This document shows, in pieces, positions 13,973-23,611 of a stretch of 64,000 bases of DNA. A program made the position numbers and the translations under genes. Numbering within the stretch: position 1 is the stretch's first letter; each line of letters begins with the position of its first letter. The stretch covers positions 55,864,001 to 55,928,000 of the forward strand of contig NC_058382.1 of the NCBI RefSeq assembly GCF_018350175.1, in the 5' to 3' direction. The notes beneath the pieces were generated by a model that ran no database searches, was not told the origin of the DNA, and worked only from the letters and a program-made list of their open reading frames with translations. Source of the stretch: Felis catus. Lineage: Eukaryota.

Positions 13973-14914
13973 AGGGAAGGGAGGACGTTATTCAGGGTGT
14001 GTTAATCAACTGGTTTTCTCTGTGGGCAACTGGGATCCTCTTGGAGCTCTGAGGCCACACCTCCCAGTTGCACGGAAACTGGAGTATTTTGTCATGAAGT
14101 CTTTGGTCAGTGTTTGGTGGCTACTCTTGAGGACGTCAACTCCCTGGCACCGCTGGCCTGCTCAGGAATGTGGTTTCCACCAGAAGATGCCACCCTGCAG
14201 AGTAGCTGCTATGGTTTTCTGTCGTAAACATTTTCCAGTAGCCTTGGAGTGGTGATGATTGATCATAGGGACTGCCCTGGAGGTCACAGTGGACCCTACC
14301 CACGCATATAATCCAGGTCTGCTGTGATTAAACTGATTTTTTCTCCTGGTGTCTGAAACCCCCGTGCACCCAGAAACCTCTTACTGTCCTAGCCCAGCAC
14401 TTCCTCTCTCACCAACAGCACCCTGTTCTGCCATCTCTGTTACCTGAAAGTGCCATCTGAGTCAGGAGAGGGGAGAGTTGGTGAATTCCTGCAAGTGAAT
14501 CATTTTGGTGCCATCACAATTACAGTAAGAGGCAAAAAGAGAAATGGATTTGGACATCTGGTTGTAGAAATGAGTTTCCTCCCTGCCAGCCCTAATTATG
14601 GGAGAGAACATCATCTGGGCGTTCTGGTGGCCCGTGCTTCCCCCCGCCCCCCCGCCATTTCTGCTCTAGAGTGTATTTCTCTGGATTTCAGGTGCATTTA
14701 GGTGACAAACTGAGGACATCCAGGAATATTAATTACCTGTGTAGGGTGCTTTACAGGTTACAACTCAGTTTTAGAATCAATGTTTTAGTTACTTCTGAAG
14801 ATGAGAGGCTGAGAATGGTATTATAGCCATATTAGCCCCTTTTAGCTGCTAACCATTATTAATCATGGATCGTCATCAACTGAATCCTTTCTATGACCGA
14901 CAAAACTGAAGCTT

Positions 14915-15096
14915 TATGGCCTTGCTACTCAAGTGTGATCTGTAGACCAGCACCATCGACATCATGTGGAAGCCTGCTAGAAATGCAGAGCCCTAGCACT
15001 GCTCCCTCAGCTCTCCACTCCCTGCTGCCCCAAGACCCACTGAAACTGCATGTTGACCCAATTCCCCGGTAGCTCACTGAACTTTGAGAAGTGCTG
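14915..15096 (+). mobile_element. MER5A-like MITE
   Basis: Contains ttgctactcaagtgtgatc, agcctgctagaaatgcaga and actttgagaagtgctg. Confidence 0.6.
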
Positions 15097-16702
15097 ACTT
15101 ACTCATCCTAACTCAGGCTTGGCCCTCTCCCACGGCTCTGTCCACCTGGGGTCTTCTCTACAGACATGAGGTGGGTGAATGGAGTGGCTAGAAGCAGACA
15201 CCTCTATCTTTAAGAGGTCTCTTTTGGGGGATGCCCTGGAATGATCCAGCAGGCAGGTCTCTGTGACCTTCCCACTTTCTTCTTCTCCATGTTGGTCAAA
15301 GAGGCCTTTTATTTTTTATTGTTTTTACTTTTGGTCTCCAATTGCCAGAACTCTGTAACTGTGTATTAAAAGGTGGGAAGTTGCCAGTTGGCATTGTGGG
15401 GGTGGGGAAGGATAAAGCCATTTCTAATTTATACTGGGGTGGCAAGAATGTAGGGTCATTTCAGTAAGCTGCTTGCTCTGGCCATCTCCCCTTGCCCTTT
15501 TCCCCTCTGTCCTGGCTCTCTGAGGTTAAGAGGAATGTGTTTTGCTTTCCTTGCATTTGGAAACCCCTTGCTACCCCTGCTGGCCCCCTGCTCTGGTGGT
15601 GCCTGTCAGATTTTTGCTCCCTCAACCTTCTCAGGCTCCACATAATCCCCTGTGTTTTTCCCATAAGCTCTTTTGAATTCACTTGCTCATGTAACAGCGC
15701 AGAGAAGAGCTGTGTTGTTATGCCAGAGCCAGCTTCTCCCATGAGCCTTTGTCACACAAATAAAATAGATGTTTGCCTTTGTTCCTTGTGCCCCACTTTT
15801 TTACTCTCCCTGGCACAGGCTTTTAACAGAGTTTATTAGAAATGGAAAAGAAAGCCTCTAACGGCAGCAAAGGGTGCCTGTGCGTTCTTCTCATTCTAGC
15901 TCCTGCTTTCCCTGATGCCTGTGTTTTCCATAATGCATGTCACAGGGGGATGGGGAGAGCAGTGGGGACTGATGAGTGCAAACCATATTGCATTTAGATC
16001 TTGGGAGCTTGCAAGGGGTGCTACCACCTGAGATCCTGTGCCAGGAGAGGAGAAAGCACTTTCTTTACTGTCCTGCCGCATCCTCCACCTCGTCCAGAGG
16101 GAGGGCGTTTCTGTAATAGGGCAGAGGAGTCCCAGTAAGTAAGCGCTTGGAGTCCCGATACTTGGATGACTGGTTCAGGCTTTGCCACCAACATGCTGTG
16201 AAACCATGGCCACGTGACTGAAGCTTTCTGGGCTATGGTTTCCTTCTGTGTAGGGTGAACCTATGAGCTTGTTCTTCTCGGTTTGTGACACTGCACAACT
16301 ACGTGGGTTAAGATACTCTTCCTTGGATTAAGGAAGGCATATATAGCTCCCTTCATTTACTCCATGGGGCCTACCATGGGTTGCTTTCCCATGGGACTTC
16401 AAGGAGCAAGGCTGACCTGCTTGAATGGCTAATATGCAGACATGCAAACACTTGGTAAACTGTGGAGTGCTGCGCCCAAGTACAGTATTGTCATTGCCAT
16501 TTTCCTTAGGTCTGCTGAAGTAGCAGCAGGCCTCTCATGGGGTGTTGAGAAGGAAAGAATGAAAGAAGCTGTGAAGGGTCTTCTGTGGGTCTGGTGAGAA
16601 GCTATTGATGGGAGATCTAAGGTGGATTATGTGGGAAGGGAAGACCCAGGAAAGTGACAGGTGGTCAGAAAATAGGGCCAACAGGGTTCAGGAGATAATG
16701 AT

Positions 16703-17030
16703 TGTCTTAGTCTGTTCAGGCTGCTGTAACAAAATACCACAGACTGAGCGGCTTGGAAACAATAGAAATGTATTCTTAACACCTCTATAAGTCTGAAATC
16801 AGGGTTGTGGCATGGTTGGGTGAGGGCCCTTTTCAGTTGCAGACTGTGTTGTGACCTCCCTCACATGCTAGAAGTGGTAAGAGAGCTGTGCAGGATTTCT
16901 TTTATAAGGACACTAATCCCACTCATGGGATCCACCATCATGACCTCCTCATGATGACCTCCTGCTAAGGAGGGTATTCAGGTTTTACATATGACTTTTG
17001 GATGGATCACAAACGTTATAACCATAGCAA
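16703..17030 (-). mobile_element. MaLR solo LTR (MLT1A-like)
   Basis: Runs from tgtcttagtctgttcaggctgctgtaacaaaataccacagactg through tttataaggacactaatccc to accatagca. Confidence 0.8.
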
Positions 17031-17153
17031 TGATGGTGAAATGCTTGGCATCCTTATTATGCTTTCGGTTTGGATTCACCCCTGCTCCCTCATCTCTGAG
17101 CCTAAAAATCTGCCCTAACCATTTTGGTCATCAGTAAGATCATCACTTTCTTT

Positions 17154-18605
17154 CTTGCTTGCTCTTCTTTTTTTTTTTTTTTTTTTTAAATTTTATTGTT
17201 TTACTTTACATCCAAATTAGTTAGCATATAGTGCAACAATGATTTCAGGAGTAGATTCCTTAATGCCGCTTACCCATTTAGCCCATCGCCCATCCCCCAT
17301 CCCACAACCCCTCCAGTAACCCTCTGTTTGTTCTCTGTATTTAAGAGTCTCTTATGTTTTGTCCCCCTCCTTGTTTTTATATTATTTTTGCTTTCCTTCT
17401 CTTGTGTTCATCTGTTCTGTGTCTTTAAGTCCTCATATGAGTAAAGTCATATGACATTTGTCTTTCTCTGACTGACTAATTTCACTTAGCATAATACCCT
17501 CTAGTTCCATCCACGTAGTTGCAAATGGCAAGATTTCATTCTTTTTGATTGCCGAGTAATACTCCATTGTATATATACATACCACATCTTCTTTATCCAT
17601 TCATCCATCGATGGACATTTGGGCTCTTTCCATACTTTAGCTATTGTTGATAGCACTGCCATAAACGTTGGGGTGCATGTGTCCCTTCGAAACAGCATAC
17701 CTGTATCCTTTGGATAAATACCTAGTGGTGCAATTGCTGGGTTGTAGGGTAGTTCTATTTTTAGTTTTTTGAGGAGCCTCCATATTGCTTTCCAGAGTGG
17801 CTGCACCAGTTTGCATTCCCACCAGCAGTGCAAAAGAGATCCTCTTTCTCCGCATCCTTGCCAACATCTGTTATTGCCCGAGTTGTTAATGTGAGCCATT
17901 CTGACAGGTGTGGGGTGATATCTCATTGTGGTTTTGATTTGGATTTCCCTGATGACGAGTGATGTTGACCATTTTTTCATGTGCCGGTTGTCCATCTGGA
18001 TGTCTTCTTTGGAGGAGTGTCTACTCAAGTCTTTTGCCCATTTCTTCACTGGATTATTTGTTTTTTGGGTGTTGAGTTTGATAAGTTCTTTATAGATTTT
18101 GGATACTAACCCTTTATCTGATATGTTCTTTGCAAATATCTTCTCCCATTCTGTCAGTTGCCTTTTATTTTTGCTGATTGTTTCCTTCACTGTGCAGAAG
18201 CTTTTAATTTTGATGAGGTCCCAGTAGTTCATTTTTGCTTTTGTTTCTCTTGCCTCCAGAGATGTGTTACATAAGAAGTTGCTGCGGCCAAGATCAAAGA
18301 GGTTTTTGCCTGCTTTCTCACCGAGGGTTTTGATGGCTTCCTGTTTTACATTTAGGTCTTTCATCCATTTTGAGTTGATTTTTGTTTATGGTGTAAGAAA
18401 GTAGTCCAGGTTCATTCTTCTGCATGTCGCTGTCCAGTTTTCCCAGGACCACTTGCTGAAGAGACTGTCTTTACTCCATTGGATATTCTTTCCTGCTTTG
18501 TCAAAGATTAGTTGGCCGTATGTTTGTGGGTCCATTTCTGGGTTCTCTATTCTGTTCCATTGATCTGAGTGTCTGTTCTTGTGCTAGTACCATACTGTCT
18601 TGATG
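17154..18605 (-). mobile_element. 5'-truncated carnivore LINE-1 (3' end of ORF2, 3' UTR and poly-A tail)
   Basis: ORF 17501-18364 is the L1 ORF2p C-terminus with the CCHC motif ([18 protein letters not shown]). A poly-T tract lies at about 17168-17187. An 18-bp target-site duplication (TSD) flanks it: aagatcatcactttcttt (17136-17153) and aagaccattactttcttt (18606-18623). Confidence 0.95.
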
Positions 18606-18789
18606 AAGACCATTACTTTCTTTGAAAACATATTCTGCATCTATTAATATAGTCTAGAATTGCAGTGGCTATTCTTTGTTCTGCTTTTGTAAATCATGTT
18701 TAACTTCAGACCATCTGAGCTTATGGTCAACCAGTGCAGTCCTATCTTTTTTCTCATAAGCTGATGCCAATATGGCTTTCAATGATTCT

Positions 18790-18831
<42 letters not shown>

Positions 18832-18842
18832 ATCTATCTATC
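18790..18842 (+). repeat. (TCTA)n tetranucleotide repeat
   Basis: Directly visible. Confidence 0.95.
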
Positions 18843-19039
18843 ATCATTTTAAGAGATTTACTCTAGTAAATAATGATATTTAGAAATTTAAAATGTTGGC
18901 AGCTTAAACAGGCATGCTGGATAAAGGTCCAGCCAGGTGGACACATCCTTTGTAGGGGCATCCAGAGACTAAAATGGGATTGGTGCTATGGTGACCAGAG
19001 CAGAGAGGCAAGGAAAGGGTCAGATGGTAAATGTCAGTC

Positions 19040-19352
19040 ACCATGACCTAAGGAAGCCCAAGCAGCCCTGTGAAGAGGCCCAGGTGAGGAAGTACTGGGC
19101 GCTCAGCCAACGTCAGCACCAATTTGCCAGGCACATGAAGGAGCCACTTTGAAAGAAGATTCTCCAACCCTAGTCATGCCTTAGAAGACTGTAGTCCTGA
19201 TCCATCTCTGGTCCCCAATAGAGATCTTCAAGTCAGACTTGCCCAGCTAAGCTGCTCCAGAATTCCTGACTGATAGAAGCTGTGCATAATAATAAATGTT
19301 TGCTGTTGGTTGAAGCTACTGAGTTTTGGAGCAGTGATAGGAAAATAATACA
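19040..19352 (+). mobile_element. MaLR LTR fragment (MLT1F/G/H-like)
   Basis: Contains aggaagcccaagcagccctgtgaagaggccc, cccagctaagctgctccagaattcctgac and aataaatgtttgctgttg. Confidence 0.65.
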
Positions 19353-19452
19353 GTGGGTACAAGCTTGGGGTCAGAGAGAGGTGAAGGTCAAAGCTAGAGA
19401 AGGCAATTTTAGTTTCTAATTATGAAGTACAAGTTTTTGCAAAAAATACTGA

Positions 19453-19571
19453 TTTTCTTTCCTTCCTTCCTTCCTTCCTTCCTTCCTTCCTTCCTTCCTT
19501 CCATCCATCTCTTCCTCCCTCCTTTCCTTCCTCTCTCTTTCTTTCCTTTTCTTCCCTTCCTCTTTCTTTTC

Positions 19572-19608
<37 letters not shown>

Positions 19609-19654
19609 TTCTTTTCTTTTCTTTTCTTTTCTTTTCTTTTCTTTTCTTTTCTTT

Positions 19655-19694
<40 letters not shown>

Positions 19695-19777
19695 TTCTTT
19701 CTTTCTTTCTTTCTCTTTCCTTCCTTCAATTTCTTTCTTCTTTCTTTCTTTTTTCTTTCTTTCTTCTCTTTTCTTTT
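19453..19777 (+). repeat. Compound polypyrimidine microsatellite (TTCC)n/(TTTTC)n/(TTTC)n
   Basis: Directly visible; about 325 bp and almost purine-free. Confidence 0.95.
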
Positions 19778-21790
19778 AGCAAAACTTTGTTGTTTATGAG
19801 CACTGCATTGTAGAAAAAGAGGGAGGTACTCACCACTTAGAGATCTGGGACTATCACGCAACAGATCCTTGGTACATTAAGTTATAGGCTTAAATATCGA
19901 CATATAGATCCAAAGACCCATGTGGACACTGCCTTGTGGTTGACAGGACAGGAAGTAGCTTGTAACATTTGTTAGGGAGGATGAGACCTCATGATGCTCA
20001 ACATAGGAGAGGAATGTGGTCCTTCCCATAAGTCAGAAGGCTTCAGAAAGGCTTTATGAGAAGCATATAGATAACATATCTTTAAGAGAAGTCACTGTAT
20101 TTGTCCAGTGAAACATGTAGGTGTCTGAATGGGTTCTAGTGCTTTTCAAAGAGAGTAACACTTTGAAGATCTGTAAAGGGGTCATGGTGTGGGTTGAGTG
20201 GAGTAAAACACTCTGGTTCTCTTGTTAGTTGAGATTTTTCAAATTTGGAATATGTGATGTGAAGTTCAGTTGACTGTGCACTGTCAACAGCATGAGGACA
20301 GAAATAAAAGCCAGACCACAAGAATCAGGAGCTAGGCAGAGCTGTAGTGGCTGGGGCCCAGGTGAGGGCTGGGGGCCAAGTGAGAAGGACTTGACAGTTG
20401 TTTCAAACATGGCTGCTCAGATATTTTTAGAGGAACTCTTAAGCCTCTGTGACTGGGATGAGCAATTCTCTGCTCCATCTGGAATTCTCAGGACTTATTT
20501 TTCAAAGTTCTGGAAATAATAGGGCTCTGTTAGTGTTTCCCTACTACAGGGGTATACAGAGCAATCCACTGACCGGGCTAGGATGGGGCCACAGTTGTCA
20601 GGCACTGAGAAGGCTGGCCTTTGCCTTGGGAGATCCACACCACAGAGGCAGCCTGGTGTGGGTTTTCACTTTCCTTCAGCAAAAGCACGCATGTACGTAC
20701 CTGTGCAATCCAGATGGTGTGTGCAGACTGCTTGGAGGGTAACCATCACAGCTGATGACACTTAGAATTACTGATATTTTCAAGACATTAAACCATGCTA
20801 TACTTTCCATAAGATGGGCCTCTCGATAGCATATAGTTTTTTAATTTAAAATAAAATGCAACCAATTGAGGAAATTATGGAATTTTAAAAAGGAAATAAT
20901 GCCTTCATCCAATAACTCAAAAAATATGGGTGATTTTTATGTCTCCCATGGACAAAAAATAAAATGGACCACAAGAGAGGTATGGCCCTAGTGGGGAATG
21001 ATTTGGTTGCAAGTGCCGAAGTCCCACTTGAAACAAAACAAGAAAACCAAAAGAAAAAATTAACCTGTTGCTCATCTGAAATGCAAATTTAACTGAGCAG
21101 CTTGTGTTTTTTCTGGCAACCCTGCCCAAAGACTGTCCTTCTCCATGGGCACTGTCATGTAGAAGGACTTGGGAAGATTTAAACCGAGTCTCAGACTATG
21201 CTTGTGTCCATATTCTGTTTGTTTTTTTGTGATCCGTTTTCATTTTTAGTAGAAGCAACCTGGCATGATGAAAAAGCAGAGAACCTGGCTTTGAGGTCTG
21301 AATCTGTCACTTAGGAATAGGGTGGTGGTGGGGGGCAGGTCATTTGGTTCCTCTGTTTCCTCATCTAGAAACCTTGGACAGTCATGCCTATTTCAGAACG
21401 TTGCTCGGGGGAATACGTTTATGCAGGCAAAATTAGCAGGTTACCAGGCACGGAGCAGGTTCTTGGCAACTCTGCATACTTCCTTCCCTTTCCTTCTCAT
21501 CATGTGAACAGAAACACCAGTATCTAGTATTATTTATGGAATAGCTATAATTGTTTATGCACCAGGTATAGGATGAGGTGTTGTACGAACATTGCCTCAT
21601 TTAACTCAAGAAGCAATCATGTGAGAGAGCTGTTTCCATTCCCAATTTATTGAGGATGAAACTGGGGCTCAGGTTGGTACAAGAGTGGGCCAGGGGCCCA
21701 AGGCTTCTAAATGACAGAAGTGGGATGTCAACCAGGCCTGTGGGTCTCAAGAATGCTTGCTTTCCGATTCCACTCAGAGGCCTTCCGTTG

Positions 21791-21898
21791 TGCGCATAAA
21801 GCACACATCCCATTGGATGGCCCTTCATCCTGCGCATAAAAAACACATCCCATTGGGTGGCCGTCCTGCGCATAAAGCATACATCCAATTAGGTGGCG
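21791..21898 (+). repeat. Three-copy tandem repeat with 36-40 bp unit (tgcgcataaa..acacatcccattgg.tggc)
   Basis: Units start at 21791, 21831 and 21867. Confidence 0.9.
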
Positions 21899-23163
21899 TG
21901 GGAAGCGTTTGCAGCGTTGGCTCCGTCATCCGCCCAAGTATGGCGGAAGTGGCAAACCACTCATTTCACTGACACGTGTTGCGTGTTCATTGGTCACAGG
22001 CTTCCTTCCCAGCACTGAGGAAGAAGAGATGATCTGGACCAAGACCTCCTGCACAGAGTTTCCTTCCCAGTTAGGAAATAGACACAAGGAAGACATGGCA
22101 TCATACCACGGTATGCGGTGTAAACAAATTTAAACAGAGAATGACAGGTGTGACTTGAGCCTAGGGAGTAAACGAGATTTTAAGTAAGGATGTGCATGGA
22201 AAGCTTCTCTGAGGAGGTGGCATGGGAGCCAAGACCTGAAGAAAGCGCAAGAGGGTGGGGGCAGAAGGGGTAGTAAGTGTAAGCACTGGGACAAGAGCGA
22301 GCCCGGGGGGGGGGGGGGGGGGGTGATGGAGCCCAGGAGCGAAGCCTGCGTGAAGCATTCTGGGTGGAGGAGGGAGGTGGGAGATGAGGTCAGACCCTAG
22401 CAAGGGGCTGGGGATTCATTCCTCAGTGTTGGAAGATGTGCATTCGCAGGGGGTTGTTCTGCTTGTGACCCACAGCGCCAGCCACAGCTCCCGGAGAAAG
22501 GCCCCCTGTCTCCGAGGAGCAGCCGCGCCTGCACAGGGAAACCAATCACACCATTTATCACCCCAGTTTGAAAAGTAATTGCAGACATATGTGTAAAGGG
22601 CAGGGCAATCTTTTCTGCCAATTATGTGCCCTGCTATTAGGCGATTAGAAGCTGGTAAAGTCACAGTGTGAGGGATTAGCAGTACAATCCCCTTTCTCAG
22701 CACCTCTGCATTTCTGTTTCTCTCAAGGCTGCTTCTTCCCTCCCTAGGTGCTGGTCTCAGCTTGACCAGGTGCCTTCCCCCAATTATGTCCCCTAAACAC
22801 TCTTGTCTTGGGCTATAAAAGGGAAAAAGTCTGCAAGAGACCCTTATAAAACTGCAGTTGAAAAACAAGGCTAAGTCTGCCTGGCTACGAGATTGCAAGC
22901 TTGTATTTACAGCAATATTCGCGAAGACTGTTTGGTCCTGAGTATTTCCAAAGCTGCTTATCAAGCAGACGGCGCTGGTCCGTACTGCACTTTTGTGCAC
23001 GTGCCACCCTTATTGTTTATTTGGCTTTCAAGCCCGTGCACATCTGCCCATTTCTTTCAGCCTTTTATTCACTAATCCACCTGTCCTTCATTCTTCAAGC
23101 CAGTATTGAATTAAACACCTATTTGCTGCCTGGCAAAGTCCAGTGGTTAAGAGCTTCAGGGAA

Positions 23164-23331
23164 GGGGCACTTGGGTGGCTCAGTCTGTTAAGCATCCGAC
23201 TTCGGCTCAGGTCTGATCTCACGGTTCATGAGTTTGAGCCCCCTGTGGGGCTCTGTGCTGACAGCTCAGAGACTGGAGCTCGCTTTGGATTCTGTGTCTC
23301 CCTCTCTCTCTGACCCTCCCCCACTGGCACG

Positions 23332-23371
<40 letters not shown>

Positions 23372-23400
23372 AAAATAAATGAACGTTAAAAAATATTTTT
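23164..23400 (+). mobile_element. Can-SINE (SINEC_Fc-like), first of a tandem pair
   Basis: Head ggggcacttgggtggctcagtc, (CT)n tract, aataaa and A-rich tail. Flanked by aagagcttcaggg. Confidence 0.95.
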
Positions 23401-23413
23401 AAGAGCTTCAGGG

Positions 23414-23611
23414 GGGGCTCCTGGGTGGCTTCGGCTCAGGCTATGATCTCGTGGTCCGTGATTTCGAGCCCCACGTTGGGCCCTGTGCTGACAGCTCAGA
23501 GCCTGGAGCCTACTTCGGATTCTGTGTCTCCCTCTCTCTCTCTGCCCCTCCCCTGCTCACGCTCTGTCTCTCTCACTCTCAAAAATGAATAAATGTTAAA
23601 AAAAAAAAAAA
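23414..23611 (+). mobile_element. Can-SINE (SINEC_Fc-like), second of the tandem pair, with an internal head deletion
   Basis: Head ggggctcctgggtggct joined directly to tcggctcagg, followed by (CT)n and a poly-A tail, then aagaccttcaggg. Confidence 0.93.

Noticed and set aside
17501..18364. 287-aa ORF as a host gene
   Set aside because: It is the C-terminal fragment of L1 ORF2 in a truncated element with no promoter and no endonuclease or RT domain.
19409..19861. Lys/Arg/Glu-rich and Phe/Leu/Ser-rich ORFs
   Set aside because: Translations of a microsatellite.
21791..21898. CRISPR-like repeat array
   Set aside because: Mammalian DNA; units are directly adjacent with no unique spacers, and there are no cas genes.
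23164..23260. tRNA-like A/B box sequences
   Set aside because: These are tRNA-derived Can-SINE heads, not tRNA genes; the same applies to the other SINEs.
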